Shown here piece after piece: positions 50,701 to 61,517 of a DNA stretch of 64,000 nt. The translations under genes were made by a program, and so were the position numbers. This DNA is from Lytechinus pictus (lineage: Eukaryota). How positions within the stretch are numbered: the stretch's first letter is position 1; every line of letters begins with the position of its first letter. Under the pieces are notes generated by a model. That model was not told the origin of the DNA and did not search any database. It saw nothing but the letters and a program-made list of their open reading frames with translations. Location of the stretch: positions 15,068,001 to 15,132,000 of the forward strand of contig NC_087252.1 in assembly GCF_037042905.1 (NCBI RefSeq). The letters are read 5' to 3'.

Positions 50701-51522
50701 TGTATAATAATCGTCTTTTAATAACGAATTATTCATTTTCCATAAGCCACATCCTTTTCGAGGACTATTAGTTGTCAATTTTAAAGTAATTGCACAATGA
50801 TCACAATTTGGAGCAGGTTTAATTTCAACCGTTTGCACACAGCAGCATAAAGAATCTATTAACAGCCAATAGTCAAGACGGGAAAATATGTTTAATGACA
50901 ATTGACGCCAGGTGAATTGCTTTTTGTAAGGAAACATTTTCCTCCAAACATCAATCAGATGGAAATTTTTAATTAGTTTCTTAAACACCTTATTTTCTTT
51001 ATAAGCATAAGACACACCTCGCGTATCTAGTTGGGCATTTTGAACGCAATTCCAATCTCCGCCTAGCACCAATGAATCATTGACTTGTAACACTTTTCGT
51101 AACCATTCTGTTAAATGACTATAAAAAAATTCTTTTTCATTATTTTTTGTTGGTGCGTAGACATTTACAACAAGATAAGAGTTTTTATCATCTTTCAATC
51201 TTATCGCAAGAACTCGACCATCAAGGTGCAAAAACTTTTCGATCTGTTCAAAATAACCTTTACGCACAAAAATAGCCACACCTCTAGAGTGGTTTGTGCC
51301 ATGATTGAAGAAACATTGGTAATGTAATTCTCGACTCACTATCGATTCCATTTCAGAGGTCAAAAAAGTTTCTTGTAACATTATTACATCTGTTTTCTGT
51401 TTAATTATCCACAACATAATTTTGCTTCGTTTCAGTTTATTTCTGATCCCTCTTACATTGAGGGATAAAAAAGACATATTCTGTTTTCGTTCACTCGTAC
51501 CGAGGATTTTTTTTTTTTCCAT
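47713..51522 (-). CDS. LINE ORF2: APE endonuclease + reverse transcriptase + C-terminal CCHC zinc finger
   Basis: Endonuclease motifs SLNVRG, LQET, GGDWN, SRLDYW, CDH. RT motifs KSPGSDG, WRPISLLN, LDFRKAFD, GIRQGCPLS, QLADD, KYLGI. Zinc finger CIFC..H..C. The first ATG is at 51522, an alternative at 51477. Confidence 0.95.
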   Translation of the reverse strand: MEKKKILGTSERKQNMSFLSLNVRGIRNKLKRSKIMLWIIKQKTDVIMLQETFLTSEMESIVSRELHYQCFFNHGTNHSRGVAIFVRKGYFEQIEKFLHLDGRVLAIRLKDDKNSYLVVNVYAPTKNNEKEFFYSHLTEWLRKVLQVNDSLVLGGDWNCVQNAQLDTRGVSYAYKENKVFKKLIKNFHLIDVWRKMFPYKKQFTWRQLSLNIFSRLDYWLLIDSLCCCVQTVEIKPAPNCDHCAITLKLTTNSPRKGCGLWKMNNSLLKDDYYTKNVKSLIKKFILENVIMNPQMKWDMCKIKIKEYTIKYSKQKQKENNETFNQLQSEFDSMSYKTDENSSNENKAELERTKIKLDQWLTYKCKGAFIRSRQKWIEHGEKSTKYFFESEKRNGKRKEINSIKKNGRVITNQESVLGEIFQYYKHLYSKTNNEVESSDIDDYLDSTVLPTLTEQEALSCEGILTEEECRNALFSMKNNKSPGSDGLSVEFLKYFWDDVKSLIIDSVNEGFIKKQLSETQKLAILTLLYKKGDKQCLDNWRPISLLNTDYKIAAKVLCTRLRGVIDKLISFDQSGYLKQRSAMQNLRLVKDIIKYCEYNNHPGIFLFLDFRKAFDTVTHQFLFQILYKLKFKESFITWIKVLYANVGGSVMNNGWISKKFEIKRGIRQGCPLSALLFILVVEIMALKIKQNIDISGITVESTVTGISKEFKISQLADDTVLFLNNIQSANLCLGEVKRFGFFAGPSLNVMKTNAVTMQQQHAFIEGIQWNDEPVKYLGIYLTSDKKESERLNWFMKLQKVKSILNFWKMRNLTYYGKVLILKSLVISQFVYVASVLPIPQKLIVDLNKLMYNFLWNSKREKVKRAVLINDIIRGGLRMIDLKSKFQSLHLSWLSRFFENDNDAPWKFMFRYWIEKICPILLILKTNCFSKDMLKLCVKQKVPDFYIDCLITWSELKYIQFPDIVNVKNQVLWYNSNITHDRKPLFFKRWFEKGIITINDIVENGRFRPREHICRVLGLNSLLIDFMYSKLKNAIPKIWIERILDISYADNDESNSQYGSDVFEIRTLDFIRLRSMKSRNFYSLLCEFKKREPAALTFWEGKLNLAVDFDWKDTLKFKFKTLKNNKIKQLNFKTLHRILPFRYNLWKWKIVTDNLCIFCKTTESFYHVVLECPSVKLFWKRIVNLINLMFKEKIILNEKLLIVGFDFTHEKATDINTVLVYAQYAIYLMYMINYFQGKPYNSYSIWHVFKYEILLDNISDVVSKTLDVNTC

Positions 51523-51554
51523 GTCCGTGTTTGGTGATCTGAGTTTCAGTTTAC

Positions 51555-52100
51555 TCACTTTGCTTTGGTCAATTTCTTTCTTTCCGATTTCCTCTTTTGA
51601 ACTTTCTGCTGGGGTGTGCTTTTTTGTGGAGAAGCTATCCGTTCTTCCTGGGTATTCTGACCTGATGAGAGTGTGCTGGAGTCATCAGTGGCGTAGTCGG
51701 AGCTTGATGGCGATGTTGATTTTGGACGTAGAAATTGTGAAAGAATTGGTTGGCGAGTAATCTTCGGTCGAACAGTAGTTGCGTCATCGCTACGATGAGT
51801 CATCACCGCTGGTGTCCCGGGGATTTCCCGCTCATCCGTTTTGTTTTGTGTTGCGTGCTGTGTTGATGTGCTTACGTGTTGATGATTGCTTGAAGTGGTT
51901 GGTTGTGTTGAAAGGTGGTCGATGAGTGGTTGATCTCTTGTGTTGGTCTGAGTATCGTTTGATGTAGCTTCGTTGTTAGCATCGACGGTATGACAGCTAG
52001 TGCTCTTATGCCCAGGTTGTTTGCAAATTCTACACTTGATATCATTTGTGCAATGCGATGAGTGGTGGCCATTTTCTAGGCATTTTGAACATTTCTTTCT
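51555..52100 (-). CDS. LINE ORF1 C-terminal remnant with two gag-like zinc knuckles
   Basis: Manual translation gives CSKCLENGHHSSHC-TNDIK-CRICKQPGHKSTSC (two C-X2-C-X4-H-X4-C), in frame with the 51555-51806 ORF. It is cut off at the TSD. Confidence 0.8.
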   Translation of the reverse strand, partial: RKKCSKCLENGHHSSHCTNDIKCRICKQPGHKSTSCHTVDANNEATSNDTQTNTRDQPLIDHLSTQPTTSSNHQHVSTSTQHATQNKTDEREIPGTPAVMTHRSDDATTVRPKITRQPILSQFLRPKSTSPSSSDYATDDSSTLSSGQNTQEERIASPQKSTPQQKVQKRKSERKKLTKAK

Positions 52101-54667
52101 TTAGCGGACATGTAGCTCACTATCTCCGATTTAGTCAAGAAGTTAGACTTATGGCGGTGTTGAGAAACGGGCCCCTGGATTCATTGTGCAGCCATGCCTT
52201 TACTTTGGTGTAACTTGGGGTCGAACTTTTTTCCAAGCGTCATTACAATACCACATTGGACATTGGGAGATCAGATACTCTTTGCAGGTCACATATGATA
52301 AATAGGTGTTCATAAAAAAAAAATTCCTTAAGTTGGGGATGTGCGAGGTGTGAATTTTGTTTTTTTTAACTCACTCGAGTAGTTCAACTTTAGTTTTTGT
52401 TTTGTTTTCTTCATTTATTTACATTGTGAAAAAGTCGATATGTTTGAGCTCCCACATTTGAAATATTGGGAGAAAATAATCAGTAACTTTTGTAATTTTC
52501 AACGATTATTTAAAAACTCATGAAGTATATCTTTTACCGAATGCAGGATCAAATCTCATTAGTATATTTAATTAATTGATCAATGAAATCAGTTTTAATG
52601 CAAAATATTACATCGTTAAATAATAATACTAGTCTACCAAGGTCGACATTTTTTTAAACAAAAACATTTTTAAGTTTGAGCATTATTTGAACGTTAAAAT
52701 ATGACTTATTTTTATATAATACCCAATTAAGTTTTAACAACGCCTCCAACATTTTAGCGAATCTTGAAAATCACCATTTATTCAACATGTTCTTCTTTTA
52801 CAGCAAAGGTCCATTTGGTGCCTCATCTGCATAGGCCCACGTGTATATCGGAAAAACGTGTTTATTGAATCTAATCGTTACTATATATATTTTTCTTGAA
52901 AGTAGAATCAAAAGTATGCACTAGCAAAAGAAAAAAAGAAAGATAGAAAGAAAGAAAGAAAGGAAGGAAGGAAGAAAGGTAGGAAGAAAGAAAGATAGAA
53001 AGCGGAAGGAAGAAATAAAGAGGATATATCAACATTGTAACACTATTTGACTCCGGAGGAATAACCAAGTATTATGAGGCAAAGTGTCTAAAACGTCTCG
53101 AGCGAGAAATGCTTTTATTATTATTATTATTATTAACACTCTTTAGTTTAAATGACATTTTCTATATGAAAAATTAATTATGATGACAATATTTTTAAGG
53201 AAAATAGAAATAAAATGGAATTTTAAAGGAAATATTTCACTCTGTTTCTGTCCCTTTCTCCCTTTTTTCTCTTGGTCGTAACACTTAAGTTACGATTGCG
53301 GGAGTATGCTCAGGAAGGAGAGAGTGGTGTTGTTGGGGGAGGAGTTGGGGTGGGGCTAGCTGAAGAGGAATGCCAGGAACTTTTTGCTGGGATGAGCGGG
53401 TGCGTCTGGCTTTCAATCCTTTTCCATTGTGTTTCTTCTTCATTATAGTAACCACCGGGAGAATGGAAAATACATGAAAGGAAACGGGAGGAAGAAATCA
53501 AAAGAGTGAAAAGGAAGCTAGAAATGAAGAGAGAGAAGAGGAAAAGATGCATCAAAACCACAATATCGTCAAGTTTAGATGGTATATATATTTTTTTTTT
53601 GGGGGGGCCGGGTGTTGGGGGAGGTGGCTTGGCCAATTAGGATCAGTTGCCAAGACATGCATGGATATCAGATATTTGAGGCATTATTTATAGGCTTGGA
53701 AAAACATGGGAAAATACTTGTTCAGGGTAATCCCAGATGGAAGGAAGAATAATTTTGTTTAGGGTCCATTTGAAAGTCCACTGTATAAGCATAATGTCCA
53801 TTTTGTAAAGACACCACCACCCCCCCCCCCCCGGTTTCTCTTGGACCCCGTTCTCAGTACTTTCTTTTCCCAAAACCAGTTTAGAAGATTGCTTAATTTT
53901 GCTTTGTTTTGCTTTGCTACCATCCTCATCAACCTCCAAACTGAACTGGTTTCCAGACTCACTAAAGGACAAGTCAATCGATCCCAACATTTAGTTTATA
54001 TGAATAAAAAGAGAGAGAAAAGGTATAACACTGAAAATTTCAGCAAAATTGGATGTTAAATAAGAAATTATGACAATTTTAAGTTTCGCTTAATGTCACA
54101 AACAATTATATGCGCATCGTGGTTGGTATGTCGATGAGGAGACTGATAACGTCACTCACTCACTATTTCTTTTGTATTTTACTATATGAAATATTCGAAT
54201 TTTGTCCTAATCGTGATATGAAACGAAGTTTTATCCCTCCCTGAAAATTGGAAATTACCATTAGTAACTTTTATCCCTCCCTGAAAATTGGAAATTACCA
54301 ATAGTAACTTTTTATGTTCAGTCATGTTGGTCCTCATGGTCAAGTTTGTAAAATTTGAAATATTGTATAATTCAAACAATAAAAAACAAAAGAAATGGTA
54401 AGTGAGCTATAGGGACATCATCAACTCTCTCATTTGCATATCACCGAGTTGTGCATATAACTATTTTTGCGAAAAGTAAGCGAAACTTTAAAATGGCATA
54501 ACTTTCTTATTTTACATCCGAGTTTGATGACATTTTCAGCATTAGCTTGCTTGATTATTTTCTATTAATATCCACATTTTTATGGGGCGAGTAAGTGGTA
54601 TTGTGCATGGCTAATGGAATGCTCTCAGATATCCAAACTAGTTATATAGAGGACCATTTTAAGATCC

Positions 54668-54954
54668 CTACTGGAAAGAAAACAGTGTCTCGCAAATGTG
54701 CGCCACAGTGTGGAACATGATGTGAAATCACCTTCACATGCAGTTAAATTTGAGCATTTCAAAGGTGTGAATCACATACAGTATTCACATAGTCGACCAT
54801 GTGAACACGCTGTGAACAGTCACACCGTCGAGGTGTCCACAGTGTGAAATTATATCTCCACACCGTTGAATTTGATCATTTTAACAGTGTGTACATAATT
54901 TTCACATAGTCCTGTGAACACACTGTGTATGTGACACTGTGTTTTTTCCAGCAG
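54668..54954. mobile_element. MITE with CT(A/G)CTGGAAA termini and TGTGAA-rich interior
   Basis: CTACTGGAAAGAAAACAGTGTC / GACACTGTGTTTTTTCCAGCAG. Confidence 0.6.
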
Positions 54955-55199
54955 GATTGCTTCCAAACCCACTTTGAGTTGCACATTCTTTCAAACTGGT
55001 TTAAGAAAGTAGATGTCAGGGGTGTGAGTGGTTACAAATAAAAAAATCTGAAAAAAGCTGAAGAGTGTTGAAAAAGTCTGAAATGGAAAGAGCTCCCATA
55101 CTTTTTGTACAGAGGAAGGCCATAAATAAGCTGAAATTAAACTGAAAATCAAAACAAAAAAATCTGAAATCAGATAAAAATCTGAACTCTCACTCCCCT

Positions 55200-55598
55200 G
55201 GTAGATGTAGTTTATTTTCAATTGGTCTAATGCCAATTACCAACTCGTCTACTATCATTTGGTCTACCATCAGTTCGTCCACTATCCATATGGTCTAAAT
55301 GCCATTTTGTCCACTCACCATTTTATCTAATAACCAGTAGGTCCAATGGCCATTTAGTTCATATTCCACTTGGTCCAATTGGAGTTGGTGATAATTAGGC
55401 AAAATGAATTAAAATAAAATGGATATTAGACCAACTGGTTACGAGACAAAATGGTCACAGACAAATTTGTGATTACACAAAGTGATGATTGGACCAAATG
55501 GTTGTTAGACGAAAAGTTGATGGATGTAATGGCATTAGACTAAATGAAGGTAGACTATATAGTGGACGAGTTTGCAATAGATGAATTGGCAATTTACC
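55200..55598. mobile_element. Foldback MITE built from short (T)GGTCTA / TAGACCA subrepeats
   Basis: Quasi-palindromic. Its middle and right part matches 12345-12436 and 12615-12808. Confidence 0.6.
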
Positions 55599-56696
55599 AA
55601 TGAAAACAGGGTCTTGCAATCAGGTGGAAAATATCCACTAAACCATTACTTATGCTGCAGTCACATTTCCCCAACAGCCGCTGTATGGCAAGTCGAAAAG
55701 AGCAATTTTATCTACTTTTTATGCAATCCATCCATAAGTAGCTGGTACAAAAAATGTTAAAACAGCCGTTTTCGACTCGCCGTACGGCGACCGTAGGGAA
55801 AATGTCACAGCACTTACTCGCTGCTTTCAAATAAACACTCGGGGAAAGAGACTCCTTTTCAAAAGAACAAATTTCCTTAATTTATTCTTGATCTAAAGTA
55901 CACATCAAAAATATGACATTTCAAGCATCGTGAACATCTATATATATAACATTCCAAAATCACCAAAAAACAATCCTATCATTGAACACCATGATTTATC
56001 ATTTTCTGTACATTTTCTTAATGTGCGAATTCTGAATCATGATTTTAATCAATATTTTGTGAATTCCTTCACTCCACGAACATTATCACTTTCTTTATCT
56101 TTTCATTCAGAATGAAAGAAATATATGAAGAACAAATGAAAGTAAAGTATGTTCAATATTACTAAATGTCCAAAACTGAAACAGCGTAGATAGTATAGAA
56201 ATAACATAGTATAAATATTCAATTGGCCATTCGTAAATCTTTGCAAAAATAATTTGTACATGCTTCAAATAAACATTGTCCATCTTTATGAAATTGGCGC
56301 AAATGGTTTACAAACAACTAAGGAGATACAAATTCATTTTAGTCTGTACAGCCTTGAATATGAACAATCCGTCAAAAAAAAAGAGTCCATGCAAATTATT
56401 TGATAAATGATTACATTCATTGGTATCAAGTTTACAACTTGTTATTCTGGAGGTTCATTCTTCAGAAGCTACAAATACTCCAAAATTTTGATATTCTGAA
56501 TATTCATTAATCCAATGGTTTGTTAATCCTAAAAAGAAATAAGGTTCGTTTTATTCTGAAGTTTCGTTAGACTAAACACGAAATAAGGTTCAATATTCCA
56601 AAGGTTTGATAGTCCAAAAGTGTAGTAAGGTTCGCATAGTTCATAACTTATTTTTATTGAAATGAAACTTATTCTTTTTCGGACTATCAAATCTTA

Positions 56697-56851
56697 TACC
56701 TCGGTCACATTTGATCTGAGGCAAGTCGAAAACAGCCGTTTTATTCATTTTTATTCAAACCACCTAATGTACATGCAGCTGGTACAAAAATTTTAAAACA
56801 GCTGTTTTCAACTCGCCGTACGGCTGCGGTAGAGCAAATGTGACCGAGGTA
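56697..56851. mobile_element. 155-bp TTA-target MITE (Harbinger-like)
   Basis: Perfect 17-bp TIRs TACCTCGGTCACATTTG / CAAATGTGACCGAGGTA with TSD TTA. A related copy lies at 55653-55812. Confidence 0.8.
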
Positions 56852-57291
56852 TTAGGAAAATAAACCTAATTTCATTTGAGGACCAAGATACTTTATTCCA
56901 CTGTAAGATTAACAAACCTTCAGAATAATACCACCAATGTTCAGATTAACAAACAATTTTTAATTTTTTCCAACTAACAAATTAACATCTTGGTATATGC
57001 AATTTGCTGTTTTGAAATAAGGTAACTTTGGAATAACCAGCGTATACCATTATCAACCTACATGTACAACTGTCAAGAATAACAACAAAAATATAACATT
57101 CCTTTTCTTTAGAGACATAATAAAGCATTGTTTACATATAAGATCTTAGCAGTGGACCAGTGTCATTGTAATAAGTAGATGAGAACATTACCCCATTCTC
57201 ATCCACTTTTCTTGAACATGGTTTCCCTTAAATCAGTAAAGAAAACCAGTTTAGAAGATTGCTTCACTCGCGTCCTCATCACCATCTCCTG

Positions 57292-57432
57292 GGCCCCATT
57301 GCATAACTTTGCCATCCAATGGTAACTACCATGGTAACGCTGAGCACCAACCAATCAAAATCAAGGATTCCATGCAAGTTAACATTGGATGGCAAAGTAT
57401 ACCCATAATGGTAACTTTTATGTAATGGGACC
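57292..57432. mobile_element. Short CWG-target MITE
   Basis: CTG|GGCCCCATTGCATAA ... TTATGTAATGGGACC|CTG. The interior resembles 14241-14370. Confidence 0.6.
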
Positions 57433-57554
57433 CTGAATTTGGTTTTCAGAACCACTTCATGTAAAGTGGTCTTATTTCCGTGGGAACACTCTCTATTGGA
57501 GTCACATGTTTTGCGCTAAATTTGAAATCACAGGGCAGGCATTCTACACAAAGT

Positions 57555-57873
57555 GGCTTGTATTCCAAACTCAGATTTGATTCAAACTCTGGTTTAAAGT
57601 TGTGGTTTATCTACATGTATGGGTAGCCAATAGTGGCATAAATCTCTAACAGTAGAACTTCAATGTATAGGCTCATTTTTCTCTCAAATCATTCTTAACA
57701 GACTGTTTCCGAAGGACAAATAAGATAGCTTTCTTCACCATTCACAAGTTAGGAAAGAGCACAGTAAACATAAGAAACATATGATGTAAGAAAAAATTTG
57801 ACATTTTGTGCTTTCCGTAATTTAGCAGAGTTAGACCATGGTCTAACTTAAACCTGACTTCAGAATACAGGCC
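57555..57873. mobile_element. MITE (GGCCTGTATTCTGAAGTCAGG family)
   Basis: The ends are imperfect inverted repeats. A partial copy lies at 17281-17395. Confidence 0.6.
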
Positions 57874-58140
57874 AGTGTGAACCGAGTAGCGTGCCCAACG
57901 TGCAAACATTTATCATAATTCCGTGCAATAATCGCTTCCCTAAGACCGGCGGTATCCTCACCTACACTTAAACCAGTTTAACAAGGCAGAGAGGTCTTGA
58001 AAACCACATCATGAGGTTGTTTTTCCATACTGGTTTGGAAGACCACTTAGGATCGCTTCGAGCGTCCCCATGACACGTTTAAGTTGGTTTCCACTGGGAA
58101 TTAAGGACTTTTAAATTATCTGTATCCTTTCAGACTCCAG

Positions 58141-58655
58141 GGCCCTGTTGTACAAAGAGTTACGATTGATCCGATCAATCGTAACTATGGCAAGCCCGCA
58201 AAGTCAACATACGAAATGCATGTTTGTTCCAGAAAAATTCTAGATATGAATGCATATCCATAAATTCATTGATTTCTTGACAATTTGGGGTGTTCTCCTT
58301 TGATCACAAAGGACATTTTGCAAATTTCCTGTAGAAAAAATTATTTCCATAGAGTTACGATTGATCGGATCAATCGTAACTCTTTGTACAACGGGGCCCT
58401 GGAGCCCGTCTTACAATGGGTTGCGATTGATACAATCAACCTCAACTATGGAAAGCCAGCAACATCAACACCTAAAATTCATGTTTGTTCAAAATATTTG
58501 ATAGATATGCTGTTCAACAATACATTCATTGCTTTCTTGGAAAGTGAGGGTGCTACTCTTTGTTTACAAAGGACATTGCGCAATTTATGACACTGATGGA
58601 TTTCTACACATTTGAGGTTGATCACATCAATTGTTACTTTTTGTAAGACGGGGCC
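58141..58655. mobile_element. Pair of ~260-bp Harbinger-like MITEs in direct orientation sharing a CTG junction
   Basis: Same family as 13385-13930, with CAG at 58138-58140 and CTG at 58399-58401. Confidence 0.8.
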
Positions 58656-58783
58656 TTGTTGCACTAGTGTGACATGCACTAACTGATGCAATAAAGGAAC
58701 ACTTGCAAGCCCACAATTATTCCAACATATCTAGACTCTATATTGAAATGCTACCTGCTGTGTAGACAATACCTCCACCCCAG

Positions 58784-59289
58784 GTCCTAGTGTTACAAAG
58801 AGTTGTGATCGATCCGATCAATCACAACCATGGAAAGCCAGCAACCCCAGTATCTATAAGTGCATGTGTATGCTCAAAATGTGTTCGAAATGGAAGAACA
58901 TGAATACATGCATCGTTATCTTGACAATGAAGTGTGCTCCTCCAAATTTCCAAAGAGATGTGCACGTTTCTGGTATGAAAAATTATGATATTGATGGTTT
59001 TCCATAGTTGAGGTTGATCTGGGCCCGTCTTACAAAGAGTTACGATTGATCCGATCATCCTCAACTGTATGGAAATCCATCACTGTCTTAATTTTCTCAC
59101 AGAAAATTTGCACAACGTCCATTGTAAACAAAGAGAAGCACACTGAATTTTCAATAAAGTGATGAATGTATGAATATACAGCATATCTAGAAAATATTTT
59201 GAACAAACATGGATTTTAGATGTTGACGTTGCTGGCTTTCCATAGTTGCGATTGATCGGATCAATCGTAGCTCTTTATAAGACGGGTCC
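58784..59289. mobile_element. Pair of the same MITE in inverted orientation, first copy truncated in its TIR
   Basis: Junction GAGGTTGATCTGGGCCCGTCTTACAAAGAG at ~59010-59039, right end GACGGGTCC|CAG. Confidence 0.75.
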
Positions 59290-61044
59290 CAGGGCTTTTG
59301 TACTGACTTCAACTCCTCGGCTTATAGAAAATGTAGAATATTTCAAGTTTCTGGTACTACTCACAAAAATTACCCCAATTTTCTTCATTTTGAATCAAAA
59401 GTTCAAATCCTTTAGAAACAATAATATGACCAAGGTTTCAAAGGCCATCACGGCTTTGGTCATTCAGCATGTCCCCACTTTTAGCGGTGAATGATACACG
59501 AGTCCCCGATTGGCAAACTACAAGAATGTATGTGTGTGTGGCTTATGCAATGCCAACAGAGTAAATTTCCCCATGGACCTACAAATTAAATATGTATAAT
59601 TCGACCTCATTATTGCACAAAAAAATTAAATACTTTTTTCTCTTGAATAATATCATAACATAATAAAGCAAATCGTGAAAACAACTAAATTCTGTCATTG
59701 TGTCACTGTATTCTTTTTAGTTTACCAATGCCCTTTTCTCACAACGTTCTCTCGACCCTAGACTAAACACCACATTATTTTTAACCCTGTACTATAATTT
59801 TCTCTTTTCTCACAGGCCCAATTGTTCTGCCTAATCCCTGCTAAGGAAATGCTTGCTTTTCTCACTTCAAATTCAGTAATCACAGACTATTGGTAGTCAT
59901 TCATGAGCGTTCATCTCTGATTGGACAACAGCGCCCGTTCAGTTGACCCTACTCTAGGGCATACATCGAGCACCATTCTTGGGTTGGCTCAGATTGTATT
60001 CTCACAGAGAATCTTAACCCTGGACTTTCACGCTAAACACAATCGCTCAGCAAACCCTGCTATTTAGCAGCATTAAATAAATCCTGCACTATAGGTAGGG
60101 ATAGCCCATTTTGCAAAAATGCTTCAGGCAAAGAAATTGGGCTAAGCTTAACCCAAGAATATAGGTGGGGCTTACATTACATTTAGCCCCTCTAATAGTA
60201 CTAAGATAAGGAAAATTTTGCATGTGACACAAGGGTATAAGATCTCTGAATAACACAAGATGATCATGCATCAAATTCTGATGGGGGGGGGGGAGAAATA
60301 TCCTGAAAATTTCAGGCCTATATATAAATTCGGGGAGGGCTTGACTTTTGTTTGCCTTTTGTTTTCATCAAAAAGCTCATTTTGGTCACTCAAAGAAAAA
60401 ACATAAAGAGACACCTATTAAGTTATTTCTTCAAACTAAGAACTTCATTTTATCCACAAAGGGGTAATAAAAACCACACATTTGGTTTCTGAGATTATCA
60501 GGCATTTCTCTAAAATGAAGCAAACCTGTGAAACGAAGGCTATGATTTAGAAAAATACAATTATCCCCAAGTATTATTTTTGAAAATTTGAATAAACATA
60601 ATTTCATATAATGAATTACATAGGAATAAGTGGGGATATGACATCATTGGCTCACTCATTGCATATTCATGAAGACATGCATAGAACTGTTTAAATGGAA
60701 TAATGCAAAACTTTAAAATGTCATACCTTTGCTATTCCCTCTTCGATTTTGATTACATTATATTATGTGTTTATTTTATCTTTTCAAAACCATATTATTT
60801 TCAGCCTGGAATATCCCTTTGAATCATTTAAAACATTTTAAATCGCGTGTTAATCATTTTAAAAATGCTTTCTAAAACAAAGCATTTCCATTGCGCCAAC
60901 CCTGGTTCAAAATGTTTAATTCAAACAGAATTGACAAAAAGAGCCAACAATCAACATGGTTTCCCACTTCATGATCGTAAAGCGCCCAGAATAAAGAGTT
61001 CTATTCTGCACTGTGATAAACTCTTTCCATGTGAGCTGTCTCAC

Positions 61045-61256
61045 GGTTGACAAGACATTTGCTCCGGTGACAATAACTCCAGGTTTTATTTCATCTAAGA
61101 TATAGGGTCAGGGTTGCAATAGGGTTTAATGTTCGGTTTAGGGTTTGGCTTTATAGAATAGGGTATAGTGTTAAATCCAGGGCTGAAGTTGGTCACTCCA
61201 TTAAAGTGTGGAATTAACAGCAGAGCAATAGTCGCCAGAGCAAATATCATGGAACC
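61045..61256. mobile_element. MITE (GACATTTGCTCC TIR family), copy 2
   Basis: The TIRs match 16711-16937. Confidence 0.65.
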
Positions 61257-61382
61257 ATTTCATGGCACAGACTATCATCTATTGAGTTGACCAGTGCCGA
61301 TGATGATGGTGATGATGATGATGGTGATGATGATGGTGATGATAATGAGCAGATGCTATGTCTATTGGTGTGATTGTTTCCC

Positions 61383-61475
61383 CTATGATGTTGCACACTG
61401 TGCCGTTGGGAGATCTTCACTCGATTCACTTGAATCATCGGAATCACTGCTATCTAAATCACCGGCCTCCCTTGC
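61383..61475 (-). CDS. Probable terminal coding exon of a prenylated protein (acidic Ser-rich tail + CaaX)
   Basis: Acceptor tctttatttatgtcttgcAG. The phase-0 reading is AREAGDLDSSDSDDSSESSEDLPTAQCATS*. No upstream exons were identified in the window. Confidence 0.55.
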   Translation of the reverse strand, partial: AREAGDLDSSDSDDSSESSEDLPTAQCATS

Positions 61476-61517
61476 CTGCAAGACATAAATAAAGACAATG
61501 GGTAATTTAAAGTCCGG

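Larger units (their letters stand above)
47660..52100 (-). mobile_element. 5'-truncated L1-clade (Tx1-like) non-LTR retrotransposon
   Basis: Poly(A) tail (T run from 47660), AATAAA at 47697-47692, and a 10-bp TSD TTAGCGGACA (47650-47659 / 52101-52110). It carries an ORF1 remnant and an intact ORF2. Confidence 0.92.
43159..52174. mobile_element. Outer PIF/Harbinger-like element (~1.0 kb when empty) carrying three nested insertions
   Basis: Perfect 18-bp TIRs GGGCCCGTTTCTCAACAC (43159-43176) and GTGTTGAGAAACGGGCCC (52157-52174), with TSD CTG on both sides. Confidence 0.85.
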
